A stretch of 63,145 bases of DNA, counting the filler, from Rhabdomonas costata (lineage: Eukaryota): NCBI GenBank assembly GCA_019059605.1. It is 36 parts of 36 records of this genome, joined end to end, with 100 filler letters (N's around TTAATTAATTAA, not from the genome) between each part and the next. Parts side by side here need not be neighbours in the genome. Positions count along the whole stretch, not along the records: positions 1 to 1,657 come from JAHMHO010011162.1; positions 1,758 to 3,415 come from JAHMHO010011163.1; positions 3,516 to 5,173 come from JAHMHO010011164.1; positions 5,274 to 6,929 come from JAHMHO010011165.1; positions 7,030 to 8,687 come from JAHMHO010011166.1; positions 8,788 to 10,445 come from JAHMHO010011167.1; positions 10,546 to 12,203 come from JAHMHO010011168.1; positions 12,304 to 13,960 come from JAHMHO010011169.1; 28 more parts are not named here. One strand, given 5' to 3'. A program made the translations under genes and the position numbers. Of this stretch, positions 1 through 12,527 are shown in pieces. Within the stretch, counting starts at the first letter, position 1; every line of letters starts with the position of its first letter. The notes below the pieces were generated by a model. That model searched no databases, was not told where the DNA came from, and saw only the letters and a program-made list of their open reading frames with translations.

Positions 1-6
1 GTTGGT

Positions 7-790
7 TTGGAACGACCTTTGGTCCTGCAGTTCCTGCACCAGTGGAGACCGGTGGCTTCTCCTCCCACCTTGGAGAAGGTCCTAGCACACAACGACCGTG
101 CTGTGGCCACAGGCCATGTGAAAGGCATGGGTAACGCGGCGGAGGACTCCTTGGGCAAGGCTGCTGCCTCGGGGAACTTCCCGCCTTTCGTCGCCGATCC
201 CGCTTCGCGGACTCCATTCAGTTTCTCAACGCCGCTGGTGACATCGTCTTGGCTGTCTCTGCGGAGGTCGACACCTCCTGGTGGGCTTAGCAAGCCAATG
301 ACGGGGCTCCCGCAGTTCGTGTTTTTCCTAGCTCTATCCCGTCGGTTTGAGGATTGACTGGCCATCTTCCACCATTCTCTTCAAACTTCCCCACGCGGCC
401 GAACATGCATTTGTCTACTCGGCTGCCCCGCACGCGCTTAAGTGTGTTGCCAGCGCCCGGTCGGGGGCTTTGCGCACGCGGGCTCGTCTGGTCAAGACCC
501 GCATGGCGGACTCATCGGCCTGCCTCTGTTGCTCGGCGGAGACCGAGGAAGATGCCCATGCTGTTTTTGTGTGCCCGGGCACCGGCTCCGCTGACCTCGA
601 TCTTCTGGTCCCAGCCTTCTGGTGGAAGGCATGCGCTGAGAAGCAAGACCGCGTTAGGCTATACGCTGACTGGATCGCGGCACATCTGCCCCAACTGGCA
701 GTTGGCTTGCTTCCGCTCTCCCTTCGGTGTTTTCCGTCGGGCATTGAGTCTTGGGAGGTTAGCATCCTCCTCCTGCAGTTCCACCTCCAT
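7..790 (+). mobile_element. Degenerate non-LTR retrotransposon ORF2 3' part (RNase H end plus CCHC zinc knuckle), frameshifted
   Basis: KVLAHND...GMGNAAEDSLGKAAA resembles the RNase H C-terminal motif (V.AH...GNE.AD.LAK.A). The next frame has LRTRARL...CLCCSAETEEDAHAVFVCP (Cx2Cx8Hx4C). Confidence 0.7.
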
Positions 791-1657
791 CCACCCGATT
801 ACATTTTGTTACCTGTACGATACGCAAGGAAAATAATTGTTCCCCCAAATTCCACACACGTGTTACGTGTTTCAAAATCCGGAGGAGTACGGCACCAGAC
901 CAAATCATATATGGAACACAGCCCCACATTAAAAAGTGCAAAAGTACAACAATTGCACAACACACGCATCTCTAGCTAGAAATCAAAGCAAGTGTTTATG
1001 GTTTTTGGGTTTTAGAGGCTAAGAACCGTCCATATCACGATAGTAGCACTGTTAATAACATCACAAGAGATGGCGCAGTTGTTTGTGTTGTGAACAAATG
1101 CAGCAAAGGAATGAGTTCTGCGGGTTCAAACACCACTTTCTGGGTTTCTTCCCAATGTAATGGCCATCAAGCCAACATCCCACAACTTGGGCATCATATC
1201 AAAGAAGTTCAACCAACAGACCATAACCTTCGACCACACGCGTTGCTGAGGCAACTCTATGAGTGTTTCAACTTCAAGGAGTTGAAAGCTACGCCCGCAA
1301 GCGGGCCGACAAGCCACAGAAGGGCACTTTTTCGCCCGACAATTTGCTGTACTTTTCTTCGCTTCTGCTGTTGTTTTGCTCGAACCATGGGTTTACAAGA
1401 CTCTTGGCCATATCATAATCGGTTCAGATTCTTCTCTTCATATGGCATTCCGTTTTCCTTCCCCTTGAACTTATTGAGAAGTCCCGTTATGCCCAAGGTC
1501 CAGGAACAAAAAGAGACATTATTTCTCGATCCAACGGTTAATACTAATGCAAATTGTATTGTGTGTGTGGGGGTGTAAGCACGCAAAGTGGTGGGGAGGA
1601 GGTGTAAGCACTGCAGTTGGAGAGGGGGCGTTGCCTCATGTCGATGCATGCACACCC

Positions 1658-1757
1658 NNNNNNNNNNNNNNNNNNNNNNNNNNNNNNNNNNNNNNNNNNN
1701 NTTAATTAATTAANNNNNNNNNNNNNNNNNNNNNNNNNNNNNNNNNNNNNNNNNNNN
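1658..1757. other. Artificial contig spacer (N44-TTAATTAATTAA-N44); 35 copies about every 1.76 kb, the last at 61391-61490
   Basis: Identical palindromic all-frame-stop linker flanked by Ns; the contigs between are nearly equal in length, as in a size-sorted concatenation. Confidence 0.98.
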
Positions 1758-3516
1758 GGGGTGGTGGGTTCTAATTGCACATCGGTTGTGAAGGTTTCTT
1801 TTGCAAAAAAAAATTACAACACTAGCAAACAGTTCAACGACAAGGTCCAGCACACAGCACTTGCGGCAAAACTGCAAAGAGCAGGGGGAATGGAATAAAG
1901 GCTTGATACGAGGGGGGATTGAGGGAGGATATCGAGGGAGCATTGCTGTGCATCTTGTAAAAACTCGATCCTCTATTCTTACCTCTTGTTTTTGGGAGAC
2001 GTGGGCCACATTTTACGGTTGGGGTTTCGCGAATGAAAGGGTCCAACAGCAAAACAGGCGGGCTCGGGTTGGAGTATTCTGAAGCGAGATGGGGTGGGAG
2101 AGAAGGACAAACCGCTGCCCTTGCACAGCCCGTTGAGAAATCCCAGAGCGGCGGGCGCCACCTCAGGGGCCTTGTTGCCCTCGAGAAGCCCAAGTACCGA
2201 GGTCAACGCGTCGGGCGGAAACATCGCTCGAAGCTCATCTGCAGACCCTCCCCTCTTCAAACACACACGCACAACCCTAAACACAAGGTTCCGCTCCGAT
2301 CTCTAAAATTCGTAGCGAGACGCAGTACACTTTTTTTCTCAACCTGAAAGACTCGCATCCTTGCCCGTCGCTCTCCAAGAAGAGGGGAGGGGCTGAAGGA
2401 GCCTGCGGTGACGTTCCTCCAGGGGGAGCAAACCTGAGGTGCACACAGCGGCACCAAGGCGGCAGCACTGAATCGCCACGCTCTCCGTGGGGGTATGCTG
2501 CCGGACAGCTTCGGCGAGTGCAGGCACAGCCTCACGAAGATGCCCCACCACACTGGTGGGAGCTGTGCAGTGCAGGCAACGGTGGGAGTGACGACGAAAA
2601 AAGCTCTTAAAGGACTTTTTTCTGAGGACAGGAGGCAGAGTAGGGGTGTACACCCAACATGTATTCCTCATAACTGTGGTTACCACGCCCCGATTTTTCA
2701 CAGACAGTGAAGAAAGACCATCTTTTGACAGCTGCTGGTCACACAGTCCAATGAGAAGCCTAAGCTTTCGTTTTGGCAAGGTGCTGGACCGAGCTGGAAT
2801 GCGTGTGATCGGAACATATTCGGTGATTTGCACGGGGCACACGGAGCACTGGGCAAAGTCGCAGACAAAAGGGGCATCCAAGTCCGACTCCCGACAAGCT
2901 CTGACAAGATTGATCAAAACCTGGACTTATGTGGCTAAATAACAGCACACTGTGCCAAATCAAGACGACAATTCGGAGCGAGACCACTACTGCTGCCTTC
3001 GGTTGCCCATCCATTCATTATCGGCTCCAGGTGCACACTAAATGCCACAAACCAGAAGAAATGCGTCAGTCCAACCACGGAAGAAAGCAAGACCAGTTAC
3101 CACCTGGCCAAGAGCAAACCATGCATCTAGGGGGCGAGGCGAAGACACCGAAATACATGCTTGATGTGGCCCTTTCGAAAACAAACAACCCAACATTACA
3201 GCTTACCGTCAGCTGTGCAACCGAAAAGCAAATCCCTACAAAAGGTATACCCGCGCCGGAAATCTCGCACAGGATGCGGGCAAGGTGCTCGCAGATGACG
3301 GGGTCTGCTGCGCTTGTGGCCCAACGGTGGGCAAGAGCAGTCAGGCTGGGCTCCGTGGCCAGGGCCTCGCGGTCCCCTAACGGACACAAAAAAGCCCATT
3401 GTCAAAAAACCCAACNNNNNNNNNNNNNNNNNNNNNNNNNNNNNNNNNNNNNNNNNNNNTTAATTAATTAANNNNNNNNNNNNNNNNNNNNNNNNNNNNN
3501 NNNNNNNNNNNNNNNC

Positions 3517-3610
3517 GGGTTCATCTCCAACATGCTCACGGGTCACATCCTTCCGCGGATACCTGCAAAGATCGAGGCGGGCTATCAGAAGATGTTCAAG
3601 CCGAAGTAAA
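3517..3610 (+). CDS. Probable terminal exon fragment of an unknown protein (GFISNMLTGHILPRIPAKIEAGYQKMFKPK*)
   Basis: Open frame with GC-rich third positions ending in TAA, followed by T-rich UTR-like sequence. Confidence 0.4.
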
Positions 3611-5276
3611 TGGTGAAGGCTGGCCCGGGGCGCCGCACCTTTCTGTGTGTGTCTTGGCTACCAGTGTCTCAATTGATAATTGTGGTGAAGTTTGTAGACA
3701 GAAATATTTCTCTACCTTTACCCTTCTTCCTTTTCTTCAACGTTCTTCGTTGTATATTCCGTTGTTCTTTCCTTTCGATGTCGCGAGCTGATCCTGTCTC
3801 ACTGGTCTCTCCCTCCTGGCCCCACCCACCCAGCAAGTTTCTGTTTCTGTGGCACAGTAATTTGTCACGAAGTTTTACATTTTCATTGGAACATACCAAA
3901 CATTCACTGGTGCTGTCCGGACCGTCTCAATAGCCTTTCCACACTGTTTTCAGGATAACATGCCATTTTGAATTCGAATATTTCGGATGGTAAATTGCGT
4001 AAAATTTGAGCGTTGGCGCTAGTTTTTATGCCATCACCGTTGCCGCCACGGCGCTAACGTCCACGTCCCATTTCGGAGCAGATGTTTTTTCGGTGTAGGA
4101 GAACGTGCCTTCGGGTTTTCCAATCGCGGGTGAGAAGGATCTTCAGTTCCAGTTATGTTCGCGAAATGAAATGGACGATTTTCGCGAAATGGTGACGCTG
4201 AGCTTCCTACTTTTAGTCATGAAACGTGTATTTGAAGTTATGGCACCAATTCGACCTTGTGTTTAACGGCGAGTCTCAAACCGCTGCCGAGGTGCAACCT
4301 GACGGAACTGTTTGGAATTGAGTGATTAGGACGGAGTTAGTTGTGATTATCTCAGTGCATTGGACAACCCTGTCGCAGCGGGTGCCCGTCATCCGGGGCA
4401 GCTTTGTTGGGGTCGCAAGGAAATAAGATGGAATTTTACGGATTTTTTGTACGGAAGGGCGGCGGCGTTTTGAGACTCACCGTGACCGTGTTGCTGCAAC
4501 GATTTGTGAAAGTACAGCTGCAAACCCACCACTTGACACATCGGTTCCGTCTCTTGCCTCACTCTTTTGATGGGGTTTAGAGTTTTTCCTCAGCTGTTGG
4601 AAGCGGGTTGGTGTGCTCACTGCTTCCATCCTATTTTGGGTTTGTGTTTGTTGAAAACCTACTTGATGGATGATGATGCGTTGTTGGCAGTTATCTCGTC
4701 TCGTCTTCAAGCCTTTTTTCTCCTTGGAAGGAAATGGAAGGGGTTTACTTTCGAGGTTCTGAACCGGGGCCGCATCCAGGCTAGCAGAGTTGTTCAAGTC
4801 TAAGTTGGTCGGGACTTGCTCTGTAAAACGTTGTAATTGTATCAATCAATAGCTTGCAGCTGTGCAACTGTACGCAACACTGGGAGGCTCGGTTGGTGTG
4901 TTGTGTTAGTCTATGAGAACGCTTCCTGCGGTGGAACCGTGCATGACTCTGTCCATCACTGTCACTGTGCATCTGATGAGGAAACGATCCCGACATCTGC
5001 ACCGTGTCTGGCTCCCTTGATCTGCATCCCCTCCCCTCCCTCTCCGTCTCCTCCTCCTGAAGGAGTACTTTCACTGTGATTTCCTCCTCACTGTGCCCTT
5101 CTGCGGTTTACCGTGCTTTGGCTGCGAGGAGGCGAAGGGCGGCGGTAGGGAGTTCATACCACACCCTTCCCACNNNNNNNNNNNNNNNNNNNNNNNNNNN
5201 NNNNNNNNNNNNNNNNNTTAATTAATTAANNNNNNNNNNNNNNNNNNNNNNNNNNNNNNNNNNNNNNNNNNNNGGG

Positions 5277-6299
5277 TTGGTAGGTACTCTGGTACGCCCC
5301 CTGCGACCCCTGGAGTTGGCTGCTGCCGCGGCACCCCCCGACGTGGGCTTCTGCCAGATTCCCAGGCTGTGCACAGTGGCCTGCTTCGATCTGGCTGGGT
5401 TTGAGACGCTTGCAGCTCTGAAGGACCTCGAGAAGGTCGGCGGGGCTACCCCTCTTCCAACATTAGTCTAGCTTTCGCAGACTTTTTGCCAGCCGACGTA
5501 TTTCAAATGGATGTGTTCAAACGGCTTGCATAATTTCTTTGGACATTACGCATTCCGTTTTTCGTCCTTCGTGGGCCAAGGCCCCGCGTGGAAAGCCATG
5601 AGCGTGTTGTAGGACTCTCTTTCAGTCTCTTCATTGTTTTTTTTTTGCAGGATTCTCTTCAAAGTTTTAGAGGTAGTGGTTCGCGATTCCCATTCTCATC
5701 GGGGCCACCATCGCCATTGTGCCCAGGGGTTTTTTCCTTAGCTGGAGCGGATCTATCACCGCTATGTTGAAATCGTCCACGAGTTTGTCACCGCTCACCG
5801 CGGGCTGGTGGACAAGGTCATCGGAGACCGCGTGTTAGCCCTCTTCAACGTCCCTCGGCGGTGCCCTCAGGCGGAGTACCACGCCGTGAAGTGCGCCCTA
5901 GAAATTCTCGCGCAGTGGGGCACGGCACAGCTCCATCCGCTCGGCACCACCCGCCACTCTCCATGGCCCTCGCCAGTACTTTCCTCCCTCCATGAGGACA
6001 GAACTTCTCCCCGGCAAGGGCTGATGTACGTCGTGTCGAACACCCCGCGTTCCCTTGAGGGCCTTCCGTCCTCCGCCACGGCCGAGAGTCTTCCCGGGGA
6101 GGAGGCGGTGGCTCCTGCCCTTCTGGGGCTTCGGGTGGGCATCGCAAGCTCTCCGGTGAGCTTCGGCAACCTGGGCAGCGATGTAGTACGGAGGTTTGTA
6201 GTTGTGGGGGAGGCCGTGGGGCAGGCCGTAGCGGTGCAGAAGGTGGCTTGCAAGGCGCTTGGGTTGCCGGTTCTAATTACGGAGGCCGTCGCGAAGCAG
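5277..6299 (+). CDS. Class III adenylate/guanylate cyclase domain, partial; exons <5277-5435 and 5742-6299
   Basis: Motifs TVACFDLAGFE, GLVDKVIGDRVLALFN, LRVGIASSPVSFGNLGS and GLPVLITEAV; a phase-0 GT-AG intron joins the frames. Confidence 0.88.
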
Positions 6300-7524
6300 G
6301 TTGGTCTGTTGTGGGAATTATGCGGGGATGTTATTTGTGTATTATGGACGTTTATAAGCGGCAGCTTTGTGTGTGGGAAGAAGAATTAGATTTTTTGTGC
6401 ACACACGGATCGGCAGACCGATGTAGTTTATCCTTTCATGTGGGTTACCTTCTACGAAGGGCATTGCATCGAATACTGTGGCCACTTCTTCACCCGTCCA
6501 CATTCAATCGCGTGCGAACGCGCGGGCGCACGAACACATACATGCACAGACAAAGGTTCGCTCCGGCCAGAAAATGCCTCCGCCCCCAAAGGAGTGCGGT
6601 GTCCCATAGACCTGAGCAGCAATGGAGCAATGCTGGCAGCTGGTGGAAAAGAGCAGCTGCGCGACTAAGGCTCGGGACCCGTGGGGCTGAAATGAGGTTA
6701 CCATTGTGGCATGTTCGGCAACCGGTTCCAGTTCCCCGCGGCACCATTCTCTCAAAGAGCACCTCTCGCGAGCACCAGTGTACAACAGCGCGTGGGACAC
6801 TCCCAAGTGGTCACCAACAACCAACCAGTCAACGAGGCGACAGCCAGCGCGCCCAACGCACACTTACGCACATACGTTGTTCTAGTCCTTTCCGCGGGGA
6901 AAAGACCACAAAAAATCACAACACAAAACNNNNNNNNNNNNNNNNNNNNNNNNNNNNNNNNNNNNNNNNNNNNTTAATTAATTAANNNNNNNNNNNNNNN
7001 NNNNNNNNNNNNNNNNNNNNNNNNNNNNNGTTGGTGTTGTGGGAAAGGGCCTCGTCCGTGAAGTCTAGTCCAAAGTTTTGGATGAAACACACAACATCTC
7101 AATGTGTGTGGACAGCGAAGAATGCACTTGCTTAACTTAACGTCACACCCGCGGGAAAGTCACACAACATCCCTTTGTTCAGGTGTAGTCACTGATTGGA
7201 GTGGATGCCACGTGCTTATCGAGGCTCGGCGATGTTTTTTTTCGTTTGATTATGTTCGTCTTACGGTTTCTCGTGCGAAGATTTTGTCCCTGTCAGATTG
7301 CTTGCATCACCCATGTATGTATTATGTATTTATTCGTTCATCTGCACCATTCCCATTCATCTGTTTATCACCGAACCCCTCATCTGGGAATACCCGCAGC
7401 TCTACGGAGACATTTGATTTCTCCCTCCATGAATCATATTCTCAGCTCAGCTGTGATTGTGCTTATTTTCTATTTTTCATTTTTCTGATCCAATTCCCAA
7501 GTCATAGGCTTTTTACAATCTTCA

Positions 7525-8687
7525 ATGGATCCATTCGACCTCGCCCAAGGCGGTGCAGTTCCCGGCCAGCAGCAGGCTGCTGGCACACCACAGCGCTGGA
7601 ACCGGGGTCGTGGCTTTGTTCCCCGGGTGGCTTTGACTGGCCGTGCAATCAGCCGGCCTAGAATTCCCGCACCCTGGTATCCTAATTCTGGAGGGTCATC
7701 TCGACGAGACATGAGGTTTTCTCCCTACCGTGGCCCTGTGCAGCCTTCACAACCTCACCCACCGGCGTCGGCGCTGAAGCAGCTGACCCATTCTGTGGCA
7801 GTCTCGTCAAGGCAATTGCAGCAAGCCTTTCTGGAGACTCGACGTCTGGCGAATGTTTTCCTGCAGGAGATGCAGGCCGGCTACTTCTGTGGGGTGGTCG
7901 CTTGTCTGCTCAGACAGGTGCGAGTCCTGTCGCAAGCCATCAAGGGCATCCATCCTAAAATACAGAAGCTCTTTGTTTACATTTTCTCCGGAGCAGTAAA
8001 AGATCCCGGGACTTTGCAGCAGGCGGAAGCCCTTCTTCAAGTCCTCTCCAGTGATGAGGCAAATGTTGGGCAACTCCACCAGCTTCTCGATCAGGTATGC
8101 TCAACCCCTGAGCTTGAAAAGGCTTCCGCTGTGATGCACACCTTGATTGGTGTGCTTTTAGCTTCAGAAGTCGCTCAGAGCCATGCCGCAGGACTGTACC
8201 AAGAGTTTGCATCCGAGATGAGCAATCCGTCAGCAGCACCGGTTCCTGTGGAGTCCCAACCGGTGCCTTCTCCCGAACACGTCGACAAGCTCGCGCAGCT
8301 GTGCACTCGCGATAACGCGCTGTTTGAGCAGTGGAAGGAAGTGGTGGACTCCGGGGCGCCACAAGAGAGCCCGTTTGAGACCTTGGAGGCCATCCTTCTG
8401 CTCTGCCAGGAAGCAATCGCAATTTCGGAGGGGGCAGTCCGCCTGTGCTGGGGTCTCGTTGGAGCGGCCTGCTTCGTGACTTCTGCAAAGGTGCAACATC
8501 AGGACAGGGCGGCGGTCGACACGGATCTGGTCAAGAGGCTTGGGGCCGCAGGCAATGAGCTCCAAAGCCTGCTCCCTCGGATCTTGAACCTAATCAATCC
8601 TCACACTGCCAACGAGCCGATCTCTGCCAGCCGGCATGCTCTCAACAGCGCACTGCAGAGGCAGACCGCAGCGCGGCAGCAGTACCA
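7525..8687 (+). CDS. Hypothetical protein, >387 aa, intronless, truncated at the contig end; disordered R/P/G N-terminus then helical region
   Basis: Long ATG-initiated ORF after a pyrimidine-rich leader; no family recognised. Confidence 0.7.
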
Positions 8688-10627
8688 NNNNNNNNNNNNN
8701 NNNNNNNNNNNNNNNNNNNNNNNNNNNNNNNTTAATTAATTAANNNNNNNNNNNNNNNNNNNNNNNNNNNNNNNNNNNNNNNNNNNNAGTGGAAAGTGAG
8801 AAATTTCAGCTCTCGACATTTAGCCCTGACACACCTCTACCTCGATTTATCCTGGCTCTGCTGAGCTTTTTAGCTGTGAAGTGAAAAATAGGTGAATAGC
8901 TTTCAACTAACAAACAAAAAACACCACGAAAACCAAAGTACACTCAAATAAAACTCAACAAAAAGCATCCGACGTCAGACGTCGGTTCCAGACATTTTAT
9001 GAGGATCTCTTGAAATTGGGGTTAAAAAAACCGACTTGTTACCATTATAATTTTCCATTTGCTCGTTGTAAAATTCCTTCACTTTTCTGGGTTTTCATCT
9101 AGCCGATACTCGCTGTTAAAAAATCAAAAACCGAGCGCACATGCGCATCGAGAATTGCTTTTATCTTCGTAAACATTTATCTCCACCATCTCTTCTATCA
9201 TTCATTTTTAGCGTGGCCTTCTGTTTATACATTTTCTTTCCTCAAGCATTTCTGTCTGTTTAAGCGCCCCTCTTCTTACATATGTGGTGCTTTATCTCTT
9301 CTACTCTCTGCTTGTCGGTTCTCTAATTTCTCCTGTGCCTTTCGCTTGCCTTGCATTTCTGTTTTTTGTTTTTTACAATTTCCTTCCCAATCATTTCTGT
9401 CACTGTCTTGCTCATAGGTATTGCCATCCTCTCTATCTCAGGTTTTGTCTTCTCTCTCCTTCTCTCACTAGATTCTTTTCATATCGGGCAGGGTGTCATA
9501 TACAAGACTCTCCTACGTGTCCTGAGCCGTTACACACTCCACTGATATGGCTAATGGCGTCTATCTGACGATCTACGACCGATCTCACTAACAGCTCACC
9601 TTTACAATATAGCTCTGCTCCAATCAACAGTACACTACATCTATAGCACATCATCCTCTAGTGGAAACTCACTGCTCCAAACTGACTCCGATCTTTCGCT
9701 CTCTCTATTTTATCACTTATTTATCACCTCTGAACAAACTAAACATGGGTCTCTTTGTCAACATTTGGATGTACTTCATCATCTGAAACAACATGGAGAC
9801 AATATTCAACAATTAACAACCCAAACCGTCCGCTTTATCCAATATCTTCACGTATATACTCTGATTCACTTCGTGAGAATCCATATATCCGGTCTTTTCT
9901 CGATGCTCGCATACCTTACACTACGTTTCCCACAACGTAAGAAAACAAAGTAGCCAACTTGGGTCTAGGACTCAACTTCATAGATTTAGCAAATTATAAC
10001 ATTCCTTGCCACTCCACACTTTTAGCCGTGAGATCTTTTTATCAACTTGTACCACAGAGCATCCGGCCACAGTGGTGTAACCAGCATCAATCTAGATTTT
10101 TTGTGACATGCCTTATCCAGTACGTGAGCTATAATGCACCACAGCGGTTTCGCAAAAAAGATATTTCTGAACTTCACACAAAACCAAACGCATTGTATAC
10201 ATTCGCATTTTTATCTTGAAAACTGATGATACTTCGCTGAGGCAAAAATGTCAATGCATGTGGTCACCATCAAGTTATAGCACATATACATGAAGATTGT
10301 TGGCCCCACATTTACCCATTCCACTTCTTCTGGCCAAAATCTCTGTAACTGGGTTCTTTGTTTAATCTTGCTTAATGTCAAGTTTTCATATTTATTTTTG
10401 CTCTTTTATTTTTACAAAATCCGTTAACGGCTCTTTCTCTTCAGCNNNNNNNNNNNNNNNNNNNNNNNNNNNNNNNNNNNNNNNNNNNNTTAATTAATTA
10501 ANNNNNNNNNNNNNNNNNNNNNNNNNNNNNNNNNNNNNNNNNNNNGGTGTTTGGTCAGTCGTGGTGTCACTGATCCGTGGGAGCTACAGTGTCGCGATGC
10601 GTTTCCCCTTCCCCGCTGCCTCTGCAG

Positions 10628-11868
10628 GTCTGCATGGACAGCTCCGCTGACGGCCTGGCTATCCTCACGGGGCACAATGGCTTTGTTGGGGAGGGCTCGA
10701 TGGCCAAGGTCGTGTGGGTGTTGACTGGGTATTTCCGAAATCTTGTCAATTGTAAAGTCGATCCGGAAAGAGCTTTTTGCCCTCCCCGCTATTCAACCCC
10801 CTCAGTAGCGCTGCTGGTGGCTGAGTTGCATAGCCAGCTTTTAATGAATTGTATAGCGCTTCTACTGAAACTCAAGGCGTGGAACGATCCTTTTTGTCCA
10901 TCTCTGACCCGTCTGTCGGCGCAGGATGTGGTCCTGGTCACTTGCACTTGCGAGTGAGTGAACTCTTTTTTGGCTTTGTGTCGCTTGCTTACTAGAAATG
11001 GTTGTAAGGAGAGCTAAAGATTCAGCAGAGATGGCCGTTCGGTGACATTGGTTGGGTCCTATCTGATTCAGATTCTGAGTGGCCCCCGCCAGTGTGTGTA
11101 ATGTGAATATGGTTGATGTGATCCTGGAGTGTTCATTGGATGGGAGGCTCTCCCCCCTCCCTTCCCCATCTCACCTGCAGCTGTGGGACAGCCGCCAGCG
11201 GTCTGTGGTGCGGGAGTTCCTGGGACACCAGTACACCATCACCAACTGCGCCTTTTTAAACTCCAACCGGAGGGATGGCCGCGAGCTGCTGGCCACCACC
11301 TCCAACGACAACACCCTCCGGATCTGGGACCGCAACACCGGTAGCCTCCCCCCTCCTCCATTCTTCCGATTTTCTTTTTGACTTTTTCAGGGCTTCGTTG
11401 GGCGAAAACTTTCAAGACCTTGCAGGCCTTTAAGTCTCGGCGATCGTCTCGGCGATCTCGGCGGAGGGGGTGCTCAGCTTGCCAGCCGGCAACTTCCCTT
11501 TTATTTACCAACAACAATCTTTTTGTTGGGTAGCCCGAGCCCGAAACATAACCTGTCATTCAATTTACCAGCACCTGCCCCCGTTCCTTTTTTTCGACTC
11601 ACTTGAAGTGACAACACGAGAGTTTCGTCTTTCACCGTTTGGCTCCGGACGGACGGGGGTGATGCTCGACTTTCCCTTCCATGGAAGATTTGATTGTGGA
11701 GTCACCAAAATTTCGTTGGGAGTGGTGGTGATGGTTCAGTGTGCTGAGTGCTGATCTGCCTCCCCTCCTCCAACACACAGGTGACTGTGTGCAGACCAAC
11801 GTGATGCCGGAGATAAGGATGACCTCCCTGGCAGTAGTTGCCAAAACCTCTGAGCACTTGACCCGCAG
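10628..11868 (+). CDS. WDR31: WD40 protein, WDR31-like; exons 10628-10708, 11181-11340, 11781-11868
   Basis: Spliced NGFVGEGSMAK|LWDSRQ..REFLGHQYTITNCAFL..LATTSNDNTLRIWDRNTG|DC..MTSLAV parallels the WDR31 C-terminus as I recall it (NGFGGEGCEATLWDLRQ..EYKGHFQTVASCVFL); GT-AG junctions keep phase. Confidence 0.8.
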
Positions 11869-12305
11869 GTCCCTCTTTCACTCTCCCCCTGATCTGCCCC
11901 CGTTTGTTGGGCAGCGCATCATTGTCCAGCGTAATGGTGAGTGAGTGAGTGAGTGATTGGCATTAAGCCCCGATAAAATCATACGAAAAAATGCTGGAAT
12001 AGCGAGTGGAAAGACGCTGCAGTAATTCGTTGTGCTCAAGGAAACTCTGGATGGTGTTAAGCTCTGGCAAGATCAAATCCTCCCTCCGCCTCAAAATTGG
12101 TTTGTTTGTGTGATATCTGATTCCCCTTTCCCTTTCCCTTCCCCAAACGGCAGGGTAAACGTTTTAACATTAAAGCATACGCATCTCCTACTCATATCAT
12201 TTCNNNNNNNNNNNNNNNNNNNNNNNNNNNNNNNNNNNNNNNNNNNNTTAATTAATTAANNNNNNNNNNNNNNNNNNNNNNNNNNNNNNNNNNNNNNNNN
12301 NNNGG

Positions 12306-12527
12306 GTGTTCATGGATTGCCACATGCCCTTTTGCAGCGGATTTGAGGCCACCGAACGGATCCGGCAGATGGAAGGCTACCGCCACGTTCCGATCATCGC
12401 GCTGACGGCGGCAACGTCGGAGGAGGACCGAGCGGCGTGCGAGCAGTGTGGGATGAGCCATTTTCTGGCCAAGCCTGTGACTCTGGCCTCGCTTCGGGCA
12501 GTCCTAGGTCAGGCTTCGGTGCTCTAA
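12306..12527 (+). CDS. C-terminal receiver (REC) domain, probably of a hybrid histidine kinase; 5' truncated
   Basis: VFMDCHMPFCSGFEATERIR...PIIALTA...GMSHFLAKPV, with the conserved phospho-Asp, Thr and Lys-Pro. Confidence 0.9.
   Translation: MFMDCHMPFCSGFEATERIRQMEGYRHVPIIALTAATSEEDRAACEQCGMSHFLAKPVTLASLRAVLGQASVL

Noticed and set aside
1979..2560. Possible minus-strand exons of a helical-repeat protein
   Set aside because: Frame and junctions are ambiguous and there is no family motif
9150..10220. Pyrimidine-rich hydrophobic ORFs resembling mitochondrial genes or a pseudogene
   Set aside because: No recognisable motif, both TGA and TAA interrupt the frame, and composition alone explains the hydrophobicity
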